Shown in pieces: positions 1-12,404 of a stretch of DNA of 64,000 nt. The stretch covers positions 284,828,001 to 284,892,000 of the forward strand of contig OZ024740.1 of the NCBI GenBank assembly GCA_964016885.1. Reading direction: 5' to 3'. The notes below the pieces were generated by a model that saw only the letters and a list, made by a program, of their open reading frames with translations, was not told the DNA's origin and ran no database searches. Every line of letters starts with the position of its first letter. Within the stretch, counting starts at the first letter, position 1. The translations under genes and the position numbers were made by a program. Source of the stretch: Eledone cirrhosa (taxonomy: Eukaryota).

Positions 1-110
1 AATTGAAGATAGCGAGTTTGGCTTTTACGCCTACCTCCCTTCTGATTACCAAATGCTGAAGTTGGTGCATTACTGTACCAGCTCCTGCAATTCTTGCATT
101 TAATTCAGCC
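1..110 (-). mobile_element. RTE-type LINE (family 2) RT C-terminal fragment
   Basis: Reverse strand reads ELNARIAGAGTVMHQLQHLVIRREVGVKAKLAIFN and matches 40615-40695 of the longer family-2 copy. Confidence 0.75.
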
Positions 111-1000
111 TCTTCCTTTTCTATGCTTATTCTTTATTCTTCTTATATCTTTTAATGTTTTATAATTAAGTCCAAAGTATTTTTTTTTATATTTTGAGCC
201 TTGTTTCATTTAGGATGCTTCTTAGATGTTCTGAAAACATCACGTCTTGTCCTGGAAGTATTCTCACATCTTTTACTGTCTAAATCTTCTTTCTCTGTGT
301 GAGTGTATCAGAGGGAGGGGTTCATTTATTTTTTACTTCATCTCAAATAACTTCTATTATTTCTTTCATTGTTCAGGTGTTGCATACATCCCTCATCTCT
401 GACACTGTTTTGTCTATCATTATATTCTATGATTCTGATGCAATAACAACAAAAAAACTATTTTTGTCTTTAATGTAAGCTGAACTATCAGGCAAAAAGT
501 TGATGTTGATAGAAGTCTTCTTTTACAGACTCCTTCTATCTGCTTTCTTTTAGTCTCTTATTGCTTCTGACAGATCATATAACAGTAAACTATCTTGAAA
601 AATACATTTCACTCTTGAGAATTACTTGTGTTCTTGTGCATTTACTTCCTAGCAATCTGAATTTCAATACCCCTTCAATGATATATCATTGCTTTTCTGA
701 AGTTTGTGTGACCACTGTATATCATTTACAACACAGAACCATTTGTTCTCCCAGAATTTCAATCAGAATTCTTGATAGAGTAAATACCCAGATGCTCAGA
801 CAACTAATATAACCATTGAATTTTCCAACTCTAATAATAATGGCTCTGCTGTGTTTCTTTTTGTTTTATTTTTTCAAGTTATCCTCAGTAACATAAACCT
901 TAGAACATTTTGAATGCTTAATAGTAAACTCTTCTTGTAAAGCATAAACAGACATCATAGATCCAGATTCGGTATCATTCTCTATCTCACCAAGATTAAT
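111..1000 (-). mobile_element. Heavily decayed LINE endonuclease region
   Basis: Minus-strand remnants MMSVYALQ (cf. SVYAPQ) and VGKFNGYI (cf. GDFNGH) of an APE endonuclease, with many stops and frameshifts. Confidence 0.4.
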
Positions 1001-1474
1001 TTAATTAAGTTTTCTATAAGACATGACAACCTCTCCTGTGCACTCAATAGAATATGAAACCATACGTGAGTTAACAAACCACTATCCTGTCTGAGAGGTC
1101 AGTAGCTCTGGTTCAGTACTGACCCATCCAACCCTTCCTAACAGGGAAAGCTAACATTAAAATGACAATGATGATGCTGATTATTATAATGATGATACTA
1201 ATTTCATTTGTAAGCAAGCATGGTTTTATTATTGGTTACAGTATGTTCCCTTAATTGTTGCTATTTAACTCCAAATTAGCTGTGATCAAGCAAGCATATG
1301 ATAAAAGACATTCTAACTGTGACCATCCTGTCTTTTTGTATATCAGTGACTACATTCTACAATGTGATTTTTCCCTTTTTAAGGCTTTAGTGTGAGATGT
1401 GTGAGTGATTTGACTATTATTTCTTCTTCTTCAAGCGACTGCTAAGACCTTCTTACAATAGCATGACACACATG

Positions 1475-1643
<169 letters not shown>

Positions 1644-1969
1644 GAAGGCACATGGCTTAGTGGTTAGAGCATTGGCCTTGCAATCGAAAGGTTGTGAGTT
1701 AAATTCTCAGACCGGGTGATATGTTGTTTCCTTGAGCAAGACACTTTATTTCACATTGCTCCAGTTTACTCAGCTGTAGAAATGAGATGATAGGGACTGG
1801 GGTCCCTATTATTCCACTGCAAAGTGGTCGTGGAGGTGCCACGGCAAAAAAGCACCCAGCACTCACTGTAAAAGAGGTTGGTGTTAGGAAGGGCATCCAG
1901 CTGTAGAAATCAAGCCATAACCAGTTCGTGTCCCACCCTTGCAAGCAGGGAAAAGCAGACGTAAAATGA

Positions 1970-1973
<4 letters not shown>
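1644..1973 (+). mobile_element. tRNA-derived SINE (family A) with RTE-derived 3' tail
   Basis: A box TGGCTTAGTGG, B box GTGAGTTAAATTC, central CCTTGAGCAAGACACTTT (CORE-like), and tail GGTGTTAGGAAGGGCATCCAGC...GACGTAAAATGATGAT shared with RTE family 1. Near-identical copy at 28553-28890. Confidence 0.9.
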
Positions 1974-2028
<55 letters not shown>

Positions 2029-2029
<1 letters not shown>

Positions 2030-2639
2030 GAGGGGGCTTCAAAAATGTTGTGCAAAAAGTACATAGTTAAAAATCATATGCAAGAATTTTGATCTCAATG
2101 CATTTGTACTTTCTCGTAATAACATGTCATAACATGTTCTAACATGAACCCTTAAATGCATGTTGCAACAACGGGATACGCTAGTCGAAAGCCAGCACCC
2201 ACTCAAGCAACATGGCCTCCTTCAAAACATTAAATTCATGGTAAAGCTAGGGAGGAAGAGCAGCCAAATTATTGATGCTCCTAACCCATGCTAACGTGGA
2301 AGATAGACGTTAAATGATGATGATGATGATGATGATGATGGTGGAGCAAGTTTATGGCGACAATGTCCCAAAGAAATCAACAACTACAAATGGATAAGTC
2401 ATTTTAGATGTGGAAGTGATGAGGTTGAAGATGATCCCCAGTTGAAGATGTAAAAAAAGCTGCTTTGACATGGTTTAAATTGCATGGCCCTCAGTTTTAC
2501 ACAGATGGACTTAAAGGCTGGCATCAACGCTTGCAGAAGTGTATTGACCTTCATGGGGCATATGTTGAAAAATAAACATCATAACTTAAACCGTTTTTTC
2601 AAACTGTTCTTTTTCCACGAACGTTTTAAAGCCCCCTCG
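2029..2639 (+). mobile_element. Internally deleted mariner (irritans subfamily, Hsmar2-like)
   Basis: TIRs CGAGGGGGCTTCAAAA / TTTTAAAGCCCCCTCG, left TIR preceded by TA. Transposase remnants IKFMVKLGRKSSQIIDA..EQVYGDNVPKKST.YKWISHFRCGSDEVEDD and VEDVKKAALTWFKLHGPQFYTDGLKGWHQRLQKCIDLHGAYVEK* (stop 2573-2575). An RTE tail is inserted at 2281-2340. Confidence 0.9.
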
Positions 2640-2690
2640 TGTGTATATATATATATATATACACAAGGGGGCTTTAAAACGTGATGATGA

Positions 2691-2758
<68 letters not shown>

Positions 2759-3549
2759 TCATCATCATCATCATCATCTTTCAACGTCTATTTTTCCACA
2801 CTTGCATGGGTTAAATGAATCGTCCACATTACGATACAAGTCTGACCAGTTGACTGAGCAATACCTTGCTCAAACAGAACTGTATTTTGGCTAGTTTTTT
2901 TTTTCACTGTTGGATGTCCTTCCTAACACCAATCATGTTTACAGTGCAGAACTGAGTTTGACCAGTTGGCCATGCCATACCTTGCTCATAACAAGACCGC
3001 ATTTAGGCTGACTTTTTACAGTTGTTGGAACTAGCTGGTCTTGTTATGAGACAAGTCTGACCAATTGACTGTGCCAGACTCTACTAAGACCTTACAATAG
3101 CATGACACACACATGTATATATACATATATATATAATATTGAAATTATTGTGTACAGTGCTCAGGTGCACTACAACTCATCAAAGGTGCATGTATAGTAC
3201 ATAGAATAATGTACAAATGTCAGGAAAGTGAACAGTGTATGAGTCATGATATACACACAGATATATGTATATATATCCTTCTATCAATACATAGAGCCTG
3301 TACTTCTAATGGTATAGTAGAGACATCATCTTGGGCCTCTCTTTCCAGTTGATATCTTGTAGAGAAAGAGAAAGAGAGAAAGATAAAGAATTGACTTCAG
3401 CACTGGATCAGTACTTTATATATCAACCTCGAAAGGATGAAAGCCAACATTGACCTCAGTAGAATATGAACTCAGAGCACAAGAGCTGGAACAAATACTA
3501 TAATGTATTCTATCAGATGTTTTAACAACTCTACAATTTACCACCAACA

Positions 3550-4100
3550 TGTGCATGCTCCGATGGATGTGTAAAAGAGGAATCAAATGCTGTATGCATG
3601 GAAAGGAGATTACGTTGGTATGGAGCGCTCAAAGTCAATGGAAACCTTGGAGTGGGGAGACCCAGGAAGACTTGGGATGAGGTGATAGAAGCTGACCTTG
3701 CCCAATTGCACCTCAAAGGTGATGACACAGGACTGAAACCTCTGATGTTACGCAGTAATACAGAAGACCTGACTTCCCATGGGTACAGGCAGAAGCTGAA
3801 GCATATATATACAGTATGCCCTTCCATCTTGCACATGCACCCCACCCTCCCACTGTAAAGTGGTCGTGTAGGTGTCATGACAAAAAGCACCCAGTCTACA
3901 CTGTAAAATGGTCGTGTAGGCGACATGGCAAAAAGCACCCAGTACTCACTGTTATTGAATTTGGCCTTAGGAAGGGCATCCAGCCGTAGAAACCAAGCCA
4001 AAATCAGTTCTGTATGAACAAGACATGGTCACCTGACCTAGCATTGCCCACAGCAAGACAACTCGTCAAGCCCATGCTAGTGTGGAAAAATGGACATAAA
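3550..4100 (+). mobile_element. RTE family 1 LINE 3' fragment
   Basis: ERRLRWYG...GRPRKTWDEVI motifs followed by the family 3' UTR with ~45-bp tandem units. Confidence 0.85.
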
Positions 4101-4176
4101 ACATACATTTATCTTTGTAACAATGAAGGACAGCACAAACAATAAATAAAATTAAATATTTAATCTACACAAATCT

Positions 4177-4355
4177 TCAAGTTCGTGTAATACGGAATTC
4201 ATCCATTACAGCACTGTCTTTACTTCTTATGTACTGAAAGTGAAGAGCTTTTGGGAAAACTTCCATAATAACATGTCCAGTATCTTTGCCTTTAACATAA
4301 AATGCTCTCCATTTGGCTTTATTATAGAAAGATTCATCATTTGGCTCAGGGTTAC
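4177..4355 (-). CDS. Purple acid phosphatase, last coding exon (C-terminal domain)
   Basis: Acceptor TTATACTTCCAG ends at 4356, phase 1 matching the upstream exon. Translates (G)NPEPNDESFYNKAKWRAFYVKGKDTGHVIMEVFPKALHFQYIRSKDSAVMDEFRITRT-TGA, a typical PAP C-terminus. Missed by the ORF track. Confidence 0.9.
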
Positions 4356-5519
4356 CTGGAAGTATAACAAATAAATTATTATGAGAGTTTTAACTTTACT
4401 TCTACAAAATTATTATAATACACTCTTGTGAACGCAAATAAAATATCAAGAGAACATCAAATAAACTGAAAAATGAAATAATTAACGTTATAGTAAAATT
4501 TATTTAATTTTCATTGAAATTTAGTAATTACCATAAAGAGAAATGGTTTTGAGAGGCAGATAAATATTATTCACACACACACATACACACATGCATATAG
4601 CATAGCATATATAACTAAGTTCATGTAGTATTTGACAAACAATTAAGAGATGAAAAAGCCTCAATGCAGTCACCCAATTACTAGAAATAGCAGCCAAAAT
4701 CTCTCTCAAATCATAACCTATCATTTCAAAAAGGAAAGGATATATTGGATAATGTAATGTTGGATACACTATGATTATTTTAAAAATGATTTTAAAATTC
4801 TAGGCATCGATGTATAATGTTAGTGTACATGAATTATGGGAGCACAAAGGAACTGAGAGGAAAACTATGTATAAGAGGAATTAGATGAGACATGCATGTG
4901 AGTAGTTTAAGCTGGGTGGACATGTGGTGTGTATATAGGGTGACTATTGGGGTAGGAAGTGCCAAGCAATTCAAAAGGTTGAAACTTATGAAGAAGGTGA
5001 CAAAGGATGGCAACAAATGGTGAGATACTGCTAGATAAAACTCATCCAACCCATGCAAGCATGGAAAAAACACGCGCACACACACACACACAAACATATA
5101 TAGACCAGCTTGGAAAAATAAAACATAAGAATGATGTTGATTATGATGATATATATTGGTGATCTACATGATAAACGCACCCAGTACATGTTGTAAAGAG
5201 GTTGGTGATAGGAAGGGCATCCAGCCATAGGAATCTTACTAAACAAAGAGTTGGGAAGACGCTCAGTGGTGTCAAAGACATGACAACCTCTCCTATGCAC
5301 TCAGTGAAGCATTGACGTACATAAGTGAAACACAGATCCCTGGCCTGCCTGGGAAAACAGTATCTCCGCTTCAGTGCTGACATGGTCTATGTAGACCTGT
5401 CCAGCCCTTGCTAGCAGGGAAAGTAGATATTAAAATAATGATGATGATGATGAATATAACTCTCAAATGAAAATCAGCACTTTATATATTGTAGCATTAT
5501 AAAAATTTTACTTTCTTAC

Positions 5520-6774
5520 CTCCAGCTCCATTAATTAAATGTGTTGGTGCCCTTGGATTGTGGTAGTTCCAGCTACTAACCACATTATTTGCGACTGGAT
5601 AACTCCGTTCATAATGATGTACATGTCCACTCACATAAACATCAACATTTTTTTTCACTAGGAGATTTTCCAATGCAGCTCTCAGCTTTGTAGACAGAGA
5701 TTTGCAACTTATATTAGCGTTGTGTGAGCTACAGTACAAAGGTCGATGTGCAAGGGCAATAACCCAAGGTACTTTGTCTCTGTTTAGATTAGCTTTCTCC
5801 AGATCATTTTCAAGCCATTGATATTGCAGTGAACTTTGGTTTACATCATGTTCGGTGGAAAACATGCTGAAGTGAACACCCATATAATCAAAAGAATACC
5901 AAAACGGAGAGTCAGAGTCACTTTCTGCATAGGGCATCCGAAACCAGTTTAAATATGCACCAAAGTCAAATTGAACTTCATGGTTTCCTGGTAAAACCAT
6001 ATAAGGAATTCGACTTGTTATTCTTTTTATTTTATTCATATACTCTGTCCATATGTAAGAATTGTTTCCTTCTCGTTTACTGAAGTTGTCTGCATAGCTG
6101 ATATCACCAATATGTATAAGAATTTTCATTTCTAAAGAACGAGTAAAATTCCAAATTGATTCAATAGTTTCATCGCTATTTGTGACACCAAGATCACCAA
6201 CTATTCCAATTAGATTACGCTTCTTTGACTGACAACTTTTAATTTGCATTCTCTCAATGTATGCATTTTCTGACTTTGAGATTGTGCAACTAGTTTCTTC
6301 ATTTGAAACTACCATATTTGGTAATTGTAAACTGAAGCTTTGAATTGTACTCCAACCATAAGCAGGGTCACCACAGATATAGTAGACAACATCATATATA
6401 TTTTCAAAACTCTCCAATTTTAACTCAGCTTTGTTTAATGTTAACTGGAACATTCCAGCTGTGTATGTATATGATTCCCCTTGTACTCTACTGGGAGTCT
6501 TAGAATGAATATTGCTATAGAGACATGCTGGAAAAAATGTATTATTTTGAAAAGGAAGAGGAGTCAGCCATATTGCAACCATTTTGTTGTGCCCTTTTAG
6601 TGCTAAATGTAATCCTTGAACAGGTTCTGAACTTAAAATAATTGGTTCTTTTAAAGGATTAACAACTTTAGGTGACATATCAGCAAATATTCTGTTTAAT
6701 TCCTCATTATCAGAAACAAATGCAGTGTAACATAGGGAATAAAATAAGCTTACAGTGCCAAGTGAGAACAACAT
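5520..6774 (-). CDS. Purple acid phosphatase (secreted metallophosphoesterase, FN3-like N-domain plus catalytic domain), main coding exon
   Basis: Motifs GDLG, GDISY, GNHE, IALAH and GHVH supply all seven PAP metal ligands. ATG at 6774 starts a hydrophobic signal-like segment. The exon opens at 6796 after TTTCCTTTATTTTTAAG and closes at GGAG|GTAAGA (donor 5519). Confidence 0.93.
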
Positions 6775-7419
6775 TTTTCTATAACTGACTTCCAATCTTA
6801 AAAATAAAGGAAAAGCACAAAATTAGACATCTATAAATAATGGACAATATAAAAATATTAATGAATTTTTAATCTAGAAGCAATATTTTTGTTTTAGTAG
6901 TAATAATCAGTGCAGTAAAATGTTTCTTTGGTTATTGGAATTATGTGTGAACTAAATTCAATGTTTTACTCAAGAGAATAACATATATTGTAATTAAATT
7001 CCTAGTTTGTAAATTAGATGCCTATAAGTAAATCATAAAGGAAAGATAAATCTCTATAAATGCAAACATTTAGTAGCTACAACCAATCTTTGAGCAAGTG
7101 TAATGCTTGTTTATATATATTTCCCTTTACATAAAATACATCATAGAAACTAACATTTCAAGATAACGAAGTATATATGAATTTTTGAAACATTTATGGC
7201 CTTACAGAGTTTTGAAATAGTTAACAGCAAATGCTAGAACACAGTGTATATTTGAAGATTTTAAGGTAAACTTCTTGCACAAATATGGATTATTTATTTA
7301 ATTGCATTATTAAATGCATGTATGGTATGTAAATTAGACTGACCACTTCAAGTATTTTCTATATTCAGTATCATATATATAGAATTGCTCTAGTAATATT
7401 TCTCTGTACTCAGAAACAT

Positions 7420-7470
7420 AATTATTATCTGATGAGGACACAAGAATGTCTAAAATGCATAAGAATAATT
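7420..7470 (+). ncRNA. Decayed type I hammerhead ribozyme (fossil)
   Basis: AATTATTAT-CTGATGA-GGACA(CAAGAA)TGTCT-AAAA-TGCA-TA-AGAATAATT. Stems I and II persist; the core CGAAA and stem III show CpG-type decay. Confidence 0.6.
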
Positions 7471-7599
7471 TCTTATGTTTTTTTCTGTGCATGCAGATAT
7501 AGTTGAAAGTGCTTGCACTTCACTCTTCATTCTTTCCACAGAAAATACATCTAACTAAAAAAAAACAGTAGTCTTTGGAATAATGTTACTCGATAAAGT

Positions 7600-7905
7600 G
7601 TGTAGCTTGGAGTTCAGAAAGTCACTCCAGGTACAATCACTACTTCTCCAAATTGAGAGATCACAGCTCTAATACTCTGAGCATGTGATTAGAATGTCTC
7701 AGGAAAGAATCACTGGATAGATTTTACAGGCAAAACCAACTGGCAAGAGACCCAGGGGTAGACCCCAAGCAAGATGGTTGAATAACATCCATGAGGTTGG
7801 CTGGTCACGCTTGGGGATCCAGTCAGATCCAGCATCAACTAGAAGGAGTATTTGAGGACTCTGCCCCCATGACCCTCGCAGGAATAACTGGGTCAAGAAG
7901 AAGTA
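7600..7905 (+). mobile_element. RTE family 2 LINE 3' fragment; other fragments at 19725-20070 (-), 48860-49030 (-), 50390-50915 (+)
   Basis: Matches the 40770-41105 3' end (GRPQARWLNNI, GAA tail). The 50.4-50.9 kb fragment carries RT motifs (DFEMAYD, LFIIFMN, FADNMVL). Confidence 0.85.
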
Positions 7906-8091
7906 GTTACAACTACCTTCAGTTTACCCTAAAATCTTCACATACAAACATACATATATGCATGCATGCATGCATACATACACACACGCACATACATACA
8001 TTCAAAGTGAAAGTGAGTGAGTTGCTCATTTAATCAAAAACCATACAAATGGGATATGGAAATTCAAGATACAATCTGTTCAGATGACAAC

Positions 8092-8149
<58 letters not shown>

Positions 8150-9000
8150 AAAATTTGAAAGATAAAAGAATTTTGAATTTCATTCAAATGAAATTAAGAT
8201 AAACATGTGAATTGATTTAAAACTGAAAATTTAAAAAAATAAGGAAACATTAAACTAAATTTAACTTGCTTAATAAGAAAGTAAAAAATTAAAAAATATA
8301 TATATAGAAAATATATACACCCAAGTCTAAGAAATTCTTGTAGATATAAAATTCAGACACATGAAAGTATCATCATCATCATTGTTTTACGTCCATTTCT
8401 TCATGTGAGTTAGACGAGTTGTCCTGTTGTGGGCAATGTTATCAGGTGACCATGTCTTGCTCATACATATACATACTCTTTATGCAAAAGTTGTTAGGCA
8501 TGAATTTTCAGATAATCTGATAGAATTCGCAATAACTTCACTCATATGTAAAGATAAAATCCTTTAGTTTTTTCTGTATTTTATTAAGGAGAAAGAGACT
8601 GGGCACACACCTATTGCAGGCTTTCTGACATCTGGAAAAAGTAAGTTTGTGTGTGTCAGTCTTGTGGGTTGACACTCGGTGAGGGGATGGGGATATGAAA
8701 GTGACAAGAGGAGAGATGGATGTGTTGGATGGAGATAATATGCAACTAGCTAGTTTAGAAAAACAGATTGCTGAAGAAGTTATAGACGAGACAGAGAAAT
8801 TACTGTCTGTAGATCTAAGGTGTTGATAAGTGAATTTTTGTCAATCGGGCATATGGCATTTTTGGGGATGCAGTCAAGGATATTTGTGTGGATAACACAG
8901 TACCATATCAAAAATGAAAACTGTAACATCATGGGTCTTACATCAGCTTTGTAGAATTACTGCAACAGTTAAGAGTTAAAGTATTTTCTGGCTCTGAAAA

Positions 9001-10345
9001 TAATAATAATAATAATAATGAAATTATTGTGTACAGTGCTCAGGTGCACTACAACTCATCAAAGGTGCATGTATAGTACATAGAATAATGTACAAATGTC
9101 AGGAAAATGAACAGTGTATGAGTCATGATATAATAACAATAATGAAATATTGTGTACAGTGCCCAGGTGCACCACAACTCATCAAAAAAGTGCATGTACA
9201 GTACATAGGGCAATGCACAAACATCAGTAAAATGAACAGTGCACGAGTCATGATACACACATGTGTGCATGTGTATGGAAGGGGTACATCAGGTGTAGTT
9301 TTGGCGTATTTCGGGAAGCATGAGTGTCTTAAAGGATGCAGTGTCTCGGCAGCTAACAATTGACGCAGGCAGTTTGTTCCATGCTTCAGCAACTCTGAGC
9401 GTGAAAAAATGTCTGCGAAAGTCATGGGAGCTGTGCTGTTTTCTTATCTTGTAGGCATGTCCACGTGTGTTAGACACATGGAGATCAAAGAGGCGCTCAG
9501 GGTTGCAATTGGCGAGATGGTTAAAAACTTTGTGGGTATTCACCAAGTCCATTGCCAGACGTCGGAGCTTCAATGAATCCATGCCCAGGGAAGCAAGGCG
9601 TTCAGAGTATGGTAGGTGTCTGATGGAGGGTATGCGCTTGGTTGCACGTCTCTGAACAGTTTCCAGGAGGTCAATGTTCCGAGCAAGATAGGGGTTCCAG
9701 ACTGATGATGCGAATTCCAAGTGTGGTCGCACCATAGCTGTATACAGTTTTAAATAGATGGCTGGAGAGCAGCTAACAAAGGTCTTGCTGAGTGATGCCA
9801 AGACACCCTCGGCCTTCTTGACAATCTTAGAGACATGCTTTGTCCAACGCAAATCGTTGCTGATAGTAATGCCCAGGTCACGTTCACAAGAGGACTTTTT
9901 GATGTCAGTGTTGTGGAGGGAGTATGTGGACGCTGGATTTTTCCTTCCAAAATGCATGGTGGTACACTTGTCCACAGCCAGCTTCAGTTGCCAGTCTGTG
10001 ATCCATTGCTGCATTGTGTCCAGGTCTGATTGTAGGAAAGAGTTGTAAATTTCAGTATCAGTCCTTTTGATTTCAAGGTACAGCTTGATGTCATCTGCAT
10101 ATTTTAGTACCATGGCATTCTGTAAGTTGGCATCTATGTCATTAATATATGCCACAAACAAAAGAGGACCAAGAACAGATCCCTGTGGTACACCAGATGA
10201 CATCTCATATGGTGAAGAATGCTGTCCTAGAACCGTGACTACTTCCTTTCGGCTGAGAATGAAGGATTTCAGCCAGTCGAAAAGATCATCCCTCACACCC
10301 ATTGCAGAGAGTTTTGGCATAAGTCTTTTGTGTGGCACAGAATTA
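9001..10345 (-). mobile_element. CR1-type LINE, 5'-truncated, with open RT ORF (9289-10338)
   Basis: SGVPQGSVLGPLLF, YADD, ERDLG, RPHLEFASSVWNP, LETVQRRATK, NTRGH and WNKLP motifs; 3' UTR ends in (ATT)n. Confidence 0.95.
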
Positions 10346-10721
10346 AATTAAATTAAATTAATGCTAACCTTCATGATTTAGTTTTAACTATGCTATATAT
10401 GTGGGTACACCATGAGAGATCATCAAATATTGTGAGGTCAATAATTTGCAGCTGCTTGTTAATGGTTAGAGAAGGTAAGATACATAAAACACTGTTCACT
10501 TGATATGAGCACTGGCTGTGTCTTTGTGACAGTGAAAAAGACTAGAATGTCATATCTTCATTGAAGACTGTTTTTGAGGTTTTTGTTCATAGAGACTGAG
10601 GTTTAGCAGAAGGCATCTCAGTTACATTCAGTAGACACCTATGGGTAGAAAGTGAAGAAGTAAAGGGTGGTATCATCTGTCTGCAAAGGAGTGACGATTA
10701 TTAGTGATAGCAATCAGGTCA

Positions 10722-10903
10722 ATAATATTGTATTTTCACAGTAAAGGCTTTATCTCACATAATATTGAATCTATGAGATTTTGATGTTATTTATGTTGAG
10801 AATAATACCTTAACATCAGTATGAGCAGCTGGCTACAATCAATTTGAACAGAAAGAGTTGAGAGAATTCTGGCCAGATACAGCCAATTTAAATGCTAAAG
10901 GGT
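10722..10903. mobile_element. piggyBac-type MITE, partial copy (same family as 21577-21771)
   Basis: Reverse-complement similarity to 21577-21771; ends in TAAATGCTAAAGGGTT. Confidence 0.75.
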
Positions 10904-11254
10904 TCGTATTATGTTTCAAACGTCATACACTTATACACACTTGGCAAATCTCACATTTTACATTCTCCACTATTAGAGATCAAAGTTGGGGAAGACATAC
11001 AACACATTTGCTTCAATGTAAAACATTATCAACTAATGCAGGAACTTTAATGTTCAGTTGTGGCCCACCATCAGTATTAACAACAAAACAACAATTATGA
11101 TGAGAGCATTTCTCAAATGAACTATTTTCATCTTCACATTCTAAGCTTTCTTGTAATTCATCATTGTTATAAATTTTAAGAGGGCAAGCTAAAAGGCTTC
11201 TATAATTTACAGTATCTTCTTATTTTCCATTAAATCTAATTAGTGCATAATTTA

Positions 11255-11452
11255 TGAGGATAGGCTGAAAAGTTCATATGCTGATAATGAAGGAGTGATA
11301 CTAGTGGTGTGAAATGTTGCATGCATTAATTTCGACTCTTTTAATTAATAACCACAGTGTCTCTTTCCAGAGACTATGTTCAAGAATAATCCTCATTTGA
11401 TCATTCCATGAGAGTATCTTGGCCAGCCTATGAACTTTTCAGCTGACCCTTG
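11255..11452. mobile_element. Mariner-type MITE
   Basis: TA-flanked ~29-bp TIRs TGAGGATAGGCTGAAAAGTTCATATGCTG / CAGCCTATGAACTTTTCAGCTGACCCTTG. Confidence 0.8.
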
Positions 11453-11604
11453 TAGACTGGTATCAACCAACCAGAACGGACCTCCATCAGTTTCGACAAT
11501 GAATGTTTCAGTTGTTCAATCAATAGGGCAGCCTGCTTCTGAAATTAATGTGTAAGTGCCTGAGCATTTCACAGATATGTGTACCTTTAACATAATTCTC
11601 AGGA

Positions 11605-11940
11605 AGCAAGCATGCTTTGATGGATGTGCAATGTTAATGTGTGAGAATGACAGAGCTTGGATGAATTGAGATAAAAACTGTGTATAAGAGGAATCGAAAG
11701 TAGGGTGCAAGAGAGAAGACTGTGTTGGTATGGATATGTAATGCACATGGATGATGATTGCTGGGTGAAGAAGTGCCAGAAAATTTCAGTGCAAGGAAGC
11801 CACAGTAGAGGAAGACCAAGGACGATCTGGGAAAAAATGGTGAAAGATGACCTCAAAATGCTGAAACTCAGAAGAGATGACAAAAGAATATGTAGAGAGA
11901 TGCTGTGCTGAAAAGAACCCATCCAACCTATGCAAGAATT
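11605..11940 (+). mobile_element. RTE family 1-related LINE fragment, apparently nested in an older repeat (11455-11600 and 11945-11990)
   Basis: QERRLCWYGYVMHM...GRPRTIWEKMVKDD motifs. Confidence 0.75.
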
Positions 11941-12404
11941 CAAAGTCTCATGGTGTGCGATAAGGCTGGCCCTTTGAGTTACAGATACAGTCCATCTAAC
12001 ATGTTTTCAAACAGTTTCTATTTACCCAATTTCACTCACAAGGTTGACCAGAGTCTATGGTAAATGACAGTTGTCTAGTATGCTACACAGTGGGATCAAA
12101 CCCAGAACCAAATAACTGCAAAGAAAACTTCTTAACCATTCAGTATATTCACATCCACCAACTAGACTTCAATTAGAGGATCTGGTTTTGATTGACAAAC
12201 ATGCTTCCTCGAGAAAACATTTCTATCAGGCATCTTCAAAACACATTTAATTTCACGATTTGTTATCATCATCATCATTTCTGTTTATATGGGTTAGACG
12301 AATCATTCTGGCCAGTGTTGCACCTTATTCCAGCAAGGACTGTAAATTTGGCTAGGAATTTTACAGCTGGATGCCCTTCCTTACACCAACCATGTTTACA
12401 GTGT

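Noticed and set aside
1644-1720. tRNA gene-like sequence (also 28553-28625 and SINE-B heads)
   Set aside because: A and B boxes are present but there is no complete cloverleaf, and the sequence continues into SINE body and tail.
5497-5519. ORF-track C-terminus KKVKFL* and TTG start (6795) of the phosphatase
   Set aside because: The 3' part is read-through past the GT donor at 5519 and the real C-terminus is in exon 4355-4177. The TTG lies immediately after a splice acceptor.
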